Below, piece after piece: positions 17,190-25,338 of a stretch of DNA of 32,000 nucleotides. The position numbers and the translations under genes were made by a program. The stretch is from Synechococcus sp. A15-24 (lineage in GTDB: Bacteria; Cyanobacteriota; Cyanobacteriia; PCC-6307; Cyanobiaceae). Numbering within the stretch: the stretch's first letter is position 1; each line of letters opens with the position of its first letter. The notes beneath the pieces were generated by a model. That model was not told where the DNA came from and ran no database searches. It was given only the letters and a program-made list of their open reading frames with translations. The stretch spans positions 120,001 through 152,000 of the forward strand of contig NZ_CP047960.1 in the NCBI RefSeq assembly GCF_014280195.1, in the 5' to 3' direction.

Positions 17190-17935
17190 TGTCAGACAAT
17201 TTTTTTCAAATTTATTTATCTAATATTGACGAAGAACTGCCACCAGTACTTGCACGTCAGTCCATTCGATTTAAACAACTATATTCTAATTGCTGTTACA
17301 TGCTCCTTACTAGATCTTCCTTGCGTGATTGTCTTGTTGACATTATGCCAGCTGAGGTCCTTTTAGCCTACGACTCTTTGGTTCCGCTGGCCTACAAGTC
17401 TGATCTCGCTCGTTACTGTCTTCTATATCATTTTGGTGGTTGGTATGCTGATATTACGATCAAGCCTGAAATTGGTATGCGGTTAGGCTCTTCTATTGAC
17501 TTTGCTTATTTCTATGACTTTGGTTCCGGTCTACCGTCGATTATGCGTTCAGCACATGATGTGATGAATGCTTTTTTTTATTCTCGACCGAATCATCCGA
17601 TCCTGTCACATATGATTGAGTCTGTTTTACGCAATTGCCGCAACCATGATTATGGTGTCACAGCTCTTTGTCCCACGGGGCCGACGCTGTTTGGTCGCAT
17701 CATTGCTCAGTTTGTTCCAGCGCCTTCTCTTCTTTTCGGCCATTTTATGCCTCTTACACCGTTTCATCAAAACCAAAACAAAGCATTTGTTGGACAAGAC
17801 GGTTCTATCGTCGCCTGGCATAAATCCGCTTGGCATCGAAATCATCCTGGTGGGGGTGACTTGACCTGCTTTGGATTAAAAGGAACAAACAATTATCAGG
17901 AACTATGGGCTAAACGTTCTGTCTTTTCAATTTGA
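17189..17935 (+). CDS. GT32-like glycosyltransferase (Gly_transf_sug / OCH1-TcdB-type sugar-binding region)
   Basis: The motif YKSDLARYCLLYHFGGWYADITIKP matches the k-SD-l-RY-x-L-y-x-GG-x-Y-x-D-x-D region of that family. ATG 17189 overlaps the HlyD stop (TGATG); the track's start is TTG 17186. Confidence 0.7.
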   Translation: MSDNFFQIYLSNIDEELPPVLARQSIRFKQLYSNCCYMLLTRSSLRDCLVDIMPAEVLLAYDSLVPLAYKSDLARYCLLYHFGGWYADITIKPEIGMRLGSSIDFAYFYDFGSGLPSIMRSAHDVMNAFFYSRPNHPILSHMIESVLRNCRNHDYGVTALCPTGPTLFGRIIAQFVPAPSLLFGHFMPLTPFHQNQNKAFVGQDGSIVAWHKSAWHRNHPGGGDLTCFGLKGTNNYQELWAKRSVFSI

Positions 17936-19135
17936 TAGCAGTTTTCTTTGAACAAGTGCCTGGATTAAATTGTCCATACTTGCAACCCAGCTATATTTTT
18001 CCATTTGCTTCGCACCTTTCACCCCCCGATAATGCCATTCCTGTTTATTCTTCAGTTGTTGGCACCATAGCTCGACAAGCGTGTCTGGATTACTTTCTCC
18101 CCACATTGATCTATGATCGTAACCGTAAAACTTTGTAATTGATTCATCCACATCTTTGTTCTTGCTGATGCCTATTGCGTGCGGGATATCTCCGTCCAGT
18201 AAGTCTCGGTGACCAGTGTTGTTTGAAAGTATCGTTGGCAACCCACAAGCTAATGTCTCCATTGCCATTAAGTTTGTTCCACCCTCACAACGACTCATAA
18301 ATACAGCACTATCAGCCTGCTTCACCAGTGATGGCAGTTGACTATTTGCCATTGCTGTAGGTACAACAACATTCCGAGCTGGAATTCCTTGCTCGACCAG
18401 CCATGGATGAATATCTTTGGCTTTCCCTGTTCGGGGTAGACCTCGAATATATGGAGATGCTTCGATTGTTGATAATCCGATGTCCGCAATATTGGTCCAA
18501 CATGCAATTAGAAGAGCTTCTGGGCAATATGCCAGAAATTTTTTGAAGGCCTCAATCACGATGTCTTGCCCTTTTCTTGCCTCTAATTTTCCACCTGCAA
18601 AAATTACAAGGCTACGATCAAAAAGCTTTGGGATTGGTATAGCGTTGAATCGGCTAATGTCAATACCTTGGTGCATCATTAGACAATTTTTAAGGCCGCT
18701 GAGTTCAGCAACTTGCTGATTCCACGTTGAGCCTGTAACCACTAAATCAAACTTACGCATATGATCGATGAGTGCTTCTGGTAGCTTACTTCGTTCAAAG
18801 AATGTTACTCCAATTCGATGGTTACCACTAAATTTCTGTGCCACGAATCCATTCCCTAGCCCCTCAATTGTTAGTTCGCAATTTGTCTGTCTGATGACCT
18901 TACTGTCATTTCGATTCGCGATAATGAGGGCTTCGCTTTTTTGCTCTATCTGATCTGCCCAGAGATTCCAATGCAAGTCACAGTTTGAGCTTCTTTGGAT
19001 CGGTTCGCTCACGATTGGTTGTGCGATTGACCGGCTGATCAGTGCTTGTGCGAGTTGAATGCCGTAGCTTCCCCAACCCGTGTATGGCGTCAATGGCCAA
19101 TCGATCAGGATGCGCTGCTGATTTAATCCATCCAT
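17927..19135 (-). CDS. GT4-family glycosyltransferase
   Basis: 402-aa ORF. FAGGKLEARKGQDIVIEAFKKF... and FMSRCEGGTNLMAMETLACGLPTILSNNTGHRDLL form a GT4 E-x7-E block. Confidence 0.85.
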   Translation of the reverse strand: MDGLNQQRILIDWPLTPYTGWGSYGIQLAQALISRSIAQPIVSEPIQRSSNCDLHWNLWADQIEQKSEALIIANRNDSKVIRQTNCELTIEGLGNGFVAQKFSGNHRIGVTFFERSKLPEALIDHMRKFDLVVTGSTWNQQVAELSGLKNCLMMHQGIDISRFNAIPIPKLFDRSLVIFAGGKLEARKGQDIVIEAFKKFLAYCPEALLIACWTNIADIGLSTIEASPYIRGLPRTGKAKDIHPWLVEQGIPARNVVVPTAMANSQLPSLVKQADSAVFMSRCEGGTNLMAMETLACGLPTILSNNTGHRDLLDGDIPHAIGISKNKDVDESITKFYGYDHRSMWGESNPDTLVELWCQQLKNKQEWHYRGVKGAKQMEKYSWVASMDNLIQALVQRKLLSN

Positions 19136-19141
19136 GATTGT

Positions 19142-20017
19142 CTACGCGTCGAGCATTCCGATAAAGTTACGCCCAGCATGCTCTACGGTTAGAAATTGAC
19201 TGTTGGTTAAATGTGGTTTCATGATCTGGAACATTTTCATGACTCCCAATGTAGCTGCACTCTCAAGCGGCCCATGGAATGATGTGTCTTCGACGTCCCA
19301 GTATTCACTCTTGAAATATTTATTAGACTGCTTTTTATTTAGAAAAAAACATCCTGAATGAGTGTTGAATGGCTGTGTGAATAGAACGCTTTCCCCAAGA
19401 TGATCCATATAGAGCTCTTTGTTCATGGATTGTCTGTATTTTTCTGTGGCTTCCGGATTGTAATCACCATCGATCAGGAACCTTCGCAGGTTTTTAAGGT
19501 TTTGGCTGGTTTCAATTCGATTTGGCTGCAATAAATAGATATCTGAGAACACTCGATTGAATCTTTGTAATTTTTTAAAAAAGTCAGCGTCTCTGATGAT
19601 GATGTCATCTTCCAGGTAACAGTTGTAGTCGTACTTCGTGTAATCTTGCGCAAGAATTCGATGGCACTGAAATCCAAGATGTTTTGGCTGGTCTGGCTCA
19701 CATTCAATGCGCGTAAATGCTCCTACGTTCTCTAAATCCTCCAGTTCGTTGAGTAGGTGTTTATCCTTAGTGATACAGATGGAGATTTTTAGCTCGCTTT
19801 CTATGTCTTTCACGATTTCGACGCGTCGTTTGACATGATTCAATGCACCTGTTGGATGTCCGAACAGTCGATGCAGTTGCAGGATCAGTTCCCTTAAGGC
19901 GCTGGTCCGTCCCAGCGAATCAGGGCTTAATGACCCGTGCCTGCCCCCTCCATCAGGATTGAAGTAATGAACGACTGCAAAGTGGAGACGCACGACGACG
20001 GGTTCTTTGTGGTTCAA
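19142..20017 (-). CDS. Hypothetical protein; possible GT-A-fold glycosyltransferase
   Basis: 291-aa ORF lying 6 nt upstream of the GT4 gene on the same strand. It has an N-terminal beta-strand-like segment VVVRLHFAVVHYFNP and an acidic YLEDDIIIRD (DxD-like) motif. No family was recognised with confidence. Confidence 0.55.
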   Translation of the reverse strand: MNHKEPVVVRLHFAVVHYFNPDGGGRHGSLSPDSLGRTSALRELILQLHRLFGHPTGALNHVKRRVEIVKDIESELKISICITKDKHLLNELEDLENVGAFTRIECEPDQPKHLGFQCHRILAQDYTKYDYNCYLEDDIIIRDADFFKKLQRFNRVFSDIYLLQPNRIETSQNLKNLRRFLIDGDYNPEATEKYRQSMNKELYMDHLGESVLFTQPFNTHSGCFFLNKKQSNKYFKSEYWDVEDTSFHGPLESAATLGVMKMFQIMKPHLTNSQFLTVEHAGRNFIGMLDA

Positions 20018-20055
20018 TTTACTTCTACACCCATCGCCAGCCTGTTAGGCATCAG

Positions 20056-20289
20056 TTGTTGTCACACCCGATCCCCCTCTCAAGACGCCTTCGGCGTCTG
20101 TTCGTACGGCTCCGTATAAGCCCTTTGTCTGTCCCCTTGTTCCTCCTGTTCTTATGGTCAGGCGTGGTGGCTGCACTGGCTCGCGTTGCCGACCCCTGGA
20201 TTGTTGGCCTAGCCGCGACACCTTTGGCTTTTGCTGCCTGCTTGGCGTTGTTATGTCTTTGGGCCTATCGCAAAGATTTTTATGCCTGA
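20056..20289 (+). CDS. Possible small two-TM membrane protein (77 aa)
   Basis: TTG-start ORF with an Arg-rich N-terminus and two hydrophobic spans (LSVPLFLLFLWSGVVAALA; IVGLAATPLAFAACLALLCLWA). It lies in a GC-rich patch. Its stop overlaps ATG 20282 of the next gene (ATGCCTGA). No homology was recognised. Confidence 0.35.
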   Translation: MLSHPIPLSRRLRRLFVRLRISPLSVPLFLLFLWSGVVAALARVADPWIVGLAATPLAFAACLALLCLWAYRKDFYA

Positions 20290-21964
20290 TCCGGCAGCTT
20301 TAATGCTTCCAGGGGATGCTTTTGATGTCGACCATCAGCAGATCATCGGTCGGCGTGTTGCTGGTCGTTCCATGGCTTTGGGTTTTGCTTCGCAACTGAC
20401 TGCAGGTGATACTCTTTCTTTGATCTGTTTTAATCAACAGGAGCGTAGGCGGCTACAGGATCTTTTAATTCCTAATCTTCATCCAGAGGCTTCCCTTCGT
20501 TTTCCTGATCTTAATCCTGAGTCACTGACGGAGATCGGCGCCATTCATCTTCCAGATCCAGGTCTTTCTCGTTGGCAATTGCTGCGATCCTCCTGTCCCG
20601 CAAACGCTTTTTCGTTGACGGGTGTTATTCATACTTTGTCTTCATCCGATGTGATTAGTGAGCTGGAACGTTTGTTTTTGTCTCCTTTGTGTTCATGGGA
20701 TGCTCTTGTTTGCACATCAACTGCTGGTCGTGATGTTGTAACTGCTGTTTTCAAGTCATTTCAACAATATCTTGAGTCCCATTTTTCCTGCTCCATCACC
20801 AAACGAGACGGGCTTCAGCTTCCCATCATTCCTTTGGCTGTTTCAGACCCCTTGCCTGAGACTATGGGTTTTGACTCAGACAGACGTCGTCACAGATGTC
20901 AGTCAAGAAAGACTCTTCAAATAGACCAATCGGCTTTCGTCATCCTTTTTGTTGGTCGCCTTAGTTTTCATAGCAAGTCTCATCCTCTTCCACTATATCG
21001 AGCTGTGAATCGCCTTTCGGCGGAAAATCCTGGTCGAAAGATTGTTCTTTTAGAGTGCGGTCACATCTTTAACCAGCCTATTGAAACAGCTTATCAAGAC
21101 CTAGCGCGCCAGTTTTTGAACCTTTCGATTATTCGGCTGGGAGGCCTGGAACCAGCATCCGAGCAGGAAAAGCGTGATGCTTTTGCGGCAGCAGATGTCT
21201 TTGTCTCTCTTGCTGATAATCTTCAGGAGACTTTTGGCCTTTCAATTATTGAAGCGATGGCCGCTTCTTTGCCAGTCATTTCAACGGATTGGAATGGTTA
21301 TAAAGATCTTGTTGATAACGGCATTACTGGGTTTAGAATACCTGTTTCAATGGTGAGCAATAATTCTGATCAATATGATTGGATCGATTCTATGTATGGC
21401 CTGGGTCTTATGCCATATGACACGATGATTGGGTTAAGGAGTATGGCGGCAATTGTTGAACATCAGCCGCTTTATAGAGCCTTGCATTTGTGTCTAAACT
21501 CATCATCCTTGGTTCAACTCATGGGGGCGAATGCCCGCCAACGTTGGATCGAATCCTTTAGTTGGAGTCCAGTTTATCGTCAATATCTTGATCTTTGGTC
21601 AGAATTGGCAGATCGTCGCGTATGTTCTAGTTCGGTACGTACATCTATATCTTCTTTTCCTACCCCTACCTCAAAACCTTTTTCTCATTATCCTACAAAG
21701 CTTATAAAGCCTTATTCTGTCGTATGTGGGTCGTTGTCGGAGGTTGAACTGCTTCCGCTGTCGACGCTCCGACTGTCGATGAATTCGTCGTTTCTAGAGT
21801 CTCTTTCAAATCAACATTTAGATGCAGTGATTAATTATCTTGAGCATCATCATTGTATAGATGTTCACGCACTTACCTCCTTTGGTCTCTCGCGTTCTAA
21901 TGCCTTGGCACTCTTAGCTGCATTGATCAAGCTGGGTGTTGCAGTTTTGGATAAGGTCCAATGA
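20282..21964 (+). CDS. GT4-family glycosyltransferase with C-terminal extension
   Basis: FVILFVGRLSFHSKSHPLPLYRAV and ADVFVSLADNLQETFGLSIIEAMAASLPVISTDWNGYKDLVDNGITGF form a GT4 core. ATG 20282 is preferred to the track's TTG 20231, which would overlap the small ORF. About 150 extra C-terminal residues are of unknown function. Confidence 0.85.
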   Translation: MPDPAALMLPGDAFDVDHQQIIGRRVAGRSMALGFASQLTAGDTLSLICFNQQERRRLQDLLIPNLHPEASLRFPDLNPESLTEIGAIHLPDPGLSRWQLLRSSCPANAFSLTGVIHTLSSSDVISELERLFLSPLCSWDALVCTSTAGRDVVTAVFKSFQQYLESHFSCSITKRDGLQLPIIPLAVSDPLPETMGFDSDRRRHRCQSRKTLQIDQSAFVILFVGRLSFHSKSHPLPLYRAVNRLSAENPGRKIVLLECGHIFNQPIETAYQDLARQFLNLSIIRLGGLEPASEQEKRDAFAAADVFVSLADNLQETFGLSIIEAMAASLPVISTDWNGYKDLVDNGITGFRIPVSMVSNNSDQYDWIDSMYGLGLMPYDTMIGLRSMAAIVEHQPLYRALHLCLNSSSLVQLMGANARQRWIESFSWSPVYRQYLDLWSELADRRVCSSSVRTSISSFPTPTSKPFSHYPTKLIKPYSVVCGSLSEVELLPLSTLRLSMNSSFLESLSNQHLDAVINYLEHHHCIDVHALTSFGLSRSNALALLAALIKLGVAVLDKVQ

Positions 21965-22947
21965 GGACACAACTTTATTTTGTTTGCTATCCCGATACTG
22001 ACCACCCCATTGGCGGTGTCAAGCAGATTTATCGTCAAGTTGAGTTGTTGTGTCAATGTGGTATTGATGCCAAGGTTCTTCATGAAAAATCTGGTTTTCG
22101 TGTGTCTTGGTTCAACTCTGATGCTCCTGTTGTTGATATTGATTCCTACATCGAGGGAAGACCAAATGCCGAGACAGATTTGATTGTTTTACCTGAGACT
22201 TGGGTTGCCAATATCCCTACGTATCTCACAGGAATTAAGAAAGTTATATTCAACCAGAACGCTTACTACACCTTTGGTTTGGAAGGAAAATTTGATGCTT
22301 CGGTTTTGAATTTTTATCAGCACCCTGATGTTCTTGGCGTTGTAACTGTATCCAGAGACAATCGAAATTTTCTCGTCGCTGGATGTGGTTTGGCGGATTC
22401 ATTTGTTCATAGTGTTATTAATGGTATTGATCGTCGTTTATTTTACCCTCCTGAAGTCAAGGTACGTCGCATTGTCTTTTTCGAGCGCAAGCATTTTAAT
22501 CATGCTAATACCGTTGCCTTAATGTCACGACAGCGTGATGTTCTGCGTCACTATGAGTTCAAATCTCTCGGAAAAATGCCCCACGAACAGGTTGCACGGG
22601 AACTTCGGGAGGCTTTGGTCTTTTTGAGTTGTGGTCACCCAGAAGGTTTTGGTCTTCCATTGGCGGAAGCGATCGCATGTGGTTGTATTGCCGTCGGATA
22701 CCATGGTTTAGCTGGTCGAGATTTTTGTACTAAGGCACTGCACCATGTTGAGTATGGTGATCTCTTAGGTTTCGTAAATATTTTGGAGCAAGCTGTCTAT
22801 GAATTTGAGGCCAACACCCAAGTGGTTTCATCTGACCTTCTGCGGAATGCTGATCATATGCTTCGCGAATATAGTTTTGAGCGAGAGAAAGAAATTTGTT
22901 TAAATGTCTGGCAGAATATTGTTAACCGTTTAAGTTCCTGCGATTAA
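21961..22947 (+). CDS. GT4-like (GT-B fold) glycosyltransferase
   Basis: 328-aa ORF. ALVFLSCGHPEGFGLPLAEAIACGCIAVGYHGLAGRDF is a Glycos_transf_1-type block. Its start overlaps the upstream stop by 4 nt. Confidence 0.75.
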   Translation: MRTQLYFVCYPDTDHPIGGVKQIYRQVELLCQCGIDAKVLHEKSGFRVSWFNSDAPVVDIDSYIEGRPNAETDLIVLPETWVANIPTYLTGIKKVIFNQNAYYTFGLEGKFDASVLNFYQHPDVLGVVTVSRDNRNFLVAGCGLADSFVHSVINGIDRRLFYPPEVKVRRIVFFERKHFNHANTVALMSRQRDVLRHYEFKSLGKMPHEQVARELREALVFLSCGHPEGFGLPLAEAIACGCIAVGYHGLAGRDFCTKALHHVEYGDLLGFVNILEQAVYEFEANTQVVSSDLLRNADHMLREYSFEREKEICLNVWQNIVNRLSSCD

Positions 22948-22948
22948 A

Positions 22949-24070
22949 CTAAAGCGATTTGTTTGTTCTTCTCTGCAGATATTTTCTTATATCCCCTAAT
23001 GGTTCTTTCCAGCAGTTAAATACCTTTTGTTGGTAAATTCTTATAGTGTTCATGTACACACCTTTGCTTTGTAGAAGTTCCAGCCATCGCTCATCGGGAT
23101 GTAGAGGCAATAAGAGGTTGGTTTTTGCCTCAGATGTGGCTGCAAGGTGTCCTAGCGATGTATCGACTGTAATAATTTCATGACTATTTGCAATGAGCTG
23201 AACTGTATCCTCAAGACTCTTAATCTTCTTTCTTATTAAATTAACTTTCGGTAACATTGATTTTAATATGGCGCACTCTCGATCACTATACTCTGATATG
23301 TCATTAATTGTGATTGTCTTTTCTTCTATCTCATTGGACCAATCTTTTAGCCATTCAATGATGCTCGCAAAAGGTACGGATCTGCTAAATGAGCTGAATT
23401 GGTTTTGAGGATCTTTTTTGCACCTCCAGCATACCAAGATATTCAAAGTTTCTTCTTGCAATTCCTTATTTATTTCGTGAATGCCTTCAAATATTAACGG
23501 TAAATACATCGTTCTTTCCATCCAGTAGCGATACATTGGTGTACTTAGTTCTACTGCAAACTTGTCGCACGAATTTGCTAGCAAATGTTTGCATTTTGAG
23601 TTTTTCAAATGATCCATAACCACCTTGCTGTTTTGCCCCTCTGCCCTCATTTTTAGGTCTGGGTCCCTTCCTATTCTTCTTCGTCTCTGGTGTGCCAACA
23701 CTAATGATGCTGCTTCCAGTTGGTCTCCGATTCCTCCCACCAGCAGGATGCAAACGGCATGTCCGCAGCCTATGGCTCGATTAACGCGATCAACGGCTGC
23801 CGCCAGGTTTCCATGACTCGATAGGCTCGCCCATGTGTTGGATTTCTGTTGACCTCTTCTGGCTCGACACAATGCTTGCTTACCTATTGTTAGTGAATCA
23901 ATCTCTTGCTTTATAATTTCGGCTTCGCAGTCAGTGTGCTCCCCTAAGTATGTCAGCATTGAAATATTTTTAGCTTTTTCCTCTATCAGCTTGGCAGCTG
24001 CGGCAGCTCTCCGTTGATAGCGGATCGCTAGTTGCAGATCATTGTTGTAGAGCCACCATCCTTGTTTCAT
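22949..24070 (-). CDS. GT9-like glycosyltransferase-fold protein
   Basis: AVCILLVGGIGDQLEAASLV and ITVDTSLGHLAATSEAKTNLLLP resemble the two GT9 signature blocks. ATG 24070 (MKQGWW...) is preferred. The track's start at 24199 would overlap the upstream GT4 gene by 113 nt. Confidence 0.6.
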   Translation of the reverse strand: MKQGWWLYNNDLQLAIRYQRRAAAAAKLIEEKAKNISMLTYLGEHTDCEAEIIKQEIDSLTIGKQALCRARRGQQKSNTWASLSSHGNLAAAVDRVNRAIGCGHAVCILLVGGIGDQLEAASLVLAHQRRRRIGRDPDLKMRAEGQNSKVVMDHLKNSKCKHLLANSCDKFAVELSTPMYRYWMERTMYLPLIFEGIHEINKELQEETLNILVCWRCKKDPQNQFSSFSRSVPFASIIEWLKDWSNEIEEKTITINDISEYSDRECAILKSMLPKVNLIRKKIKSLEDTVQLIANSHEIITVDTSLGHLAATSEAKTNLLLPLHPDERWLELLQSKGVYMNTIRIYQQKVFNCWKEPLGDIRKYLQRRTNKSL

Positions 24071-24086
24071 ATTTTCTAGGATGCTT

Positions 24087-25256
24087 TCACTGGAATGTTG
24101 TTGTGTTGATGTGATGATTTGATTTGTCTTCCATGATTTCTCTAAAACACTGGTCCAGTACCTCTGCACTTCTTTCGGGCCTAAATCTAGCGAACGCATT
24201 TTGTTTTGCTTTTCGCCCCATATCCTTAACTTTTGCTATATGGCGACTGCACCATTCCAGTTGCTGATAAAGGGCATCGCTGTCTCCTGGAGGCACGAGA
24301 AGTCCATCAATGCCGTGGGTGATTACTTCAAATGCCCCACCCATACCACTACTAATTGGCAAAACTCCATTCGACATCGCCTCTGCTACGACCATTCCAA
24401 ATGCCTCCGGATAGAGAGACGGAAAGACTAGAACATCTATATCACGGTAGATATTTTTTAGCCCATGTGGCTCGACAAAACCCATCCAACGAACATTGTC
24501 TTTGATGTTTGCTCTTGCGCAATAGTCTACAAGTGCCTTTTCGTATTCTTTTGAAAAGGCATGGCCTGCAACTGTGATGTTAAATTGCTTCTTATATCTC
24601 TTCATTTTACTCGCTGCTTCCATGAGAACATGAAGTCCTTTGGAATGCATGAGAAGTCCAACAAAACCTATACGCAGCTGATCACCGCTGCACTTGCTTC
24701 TGAGCTCCTCCTCCGGTTTGCTTAGAGCTAGTGGTGGGTACACAATAGGATGGTTCTCGATATTATGTCCCATTGTTTTCAATAGGCGCTTCACCTCTCC
24801 TGACGCTGATGCAATCCTGAATGGCTTTGTGTAAGGGATCCAGTTACCTTGAAAGGGTGATCCCATAAACCCGATATGCATTATTGTTGGAATGTCTTTG
24901 GTTAAAATGTAGTCCAATAGCCCTTTGCCTAACAAGTCTAAATTACCAACAAGGCATGCACTTGGTATGTGCTCTGATATTGCATGACTTACAGTTTTTA
25001 AGTTGTGTTTGATTCGTTCTTCTTTTTCATGCCCCTCATCTAGGTTCTGAACCCCATTTTTGTACTCTCCAAGTAGTTTGAGTTTCCGTTGTATGTCATG
25101 CCTGCCTTGACCTGCCCCTAAATCTGGCTGGTCTCCTGTTAATACAACCTCAGAATATCCTCTTGCTTTCAGCCCCTCTGTAAGCCTTTCGATGCAAAGC
25201 CCAAACCCACCCAGGTTTTGTGGTGGGTAAATGTTGGTGATCACCAGCAGTTTCAT
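24087..25256 (-). CDS. GT4-family glycosyltransferase
   Basis: 389-aa ORF. MKLLVITNIYPPQNLGGFG... N-terminus and VLVFPSLYPEAFGMVVAEAMSNGVLPISSGMGGAFEVITHGIDGLLV (E-x7-E block). Confidence 0.88.
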   Translation of the reverse strand: MKLLVITNIYPPQNLGGFGLCIERLTEGLKARGYSEVVLTGDQPDLGAGQGRHDIQRKLKLLGEYKNGVQNLDEGHEKEERIKHNLKTVSHAISEHIPSACLVGNLDLLGKGLLDYILTKDIPTIMHIGFMGSPFQGNWIPYTKPFRIASASGEVKRLLKTMGHNIENHPIVYPPLALSKPEEELRSKCSGDQLRIGFVGLLMHSKGLHVLMEAASKMKRYKKQFNITVAGHAFSKEYEKALVDYCARANIKDNVRWMGFVEPHGLKNIYRDIDVLVFPSLYPEAFGMVVAEAMSNGVLPISSGMGGAFEVITHGIDGLLVPPGDSDALYQQLEWCSRHIAKVKDMGRKAKQNAFARFRPERSAEVLDQCFREIMEDKSNHHINTTTFQ

Positions 25257-25338
25257 GGCTCTATCCCACCTTCTTCTGGTACGGGTTTAGGGGACTTGTG
25301 CCACTCATTAGAATTTAGCCCTAACCCTGCGCGGCTTC

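Noticed and set aside
20083-20099. Hairpin AGACGCC-TTC-GGCGTCT as a terminator
   Set aside because: No U-tract follows on either strand. It lies upstream (not downstream) of the minus-strand gene and inside the candidate small ORF.
20231-20281. TTG 20231 N-terminal extension of the GT4 gene
   Set aside because: It would overlap the small-ORF frame by 59 nt and adds a non-GT4-like peptide. ATG 20282 gives a 4-codon-style coupled junction.
24071-24199. Upstream extension of the GT9-like ORF to 24199
   Set aside because: It would overlap the 3' end of the GT4 gene (24087-25256) by 113 nt on the same strand. The internal ATG at 24070 leaves a 16-nt gap.
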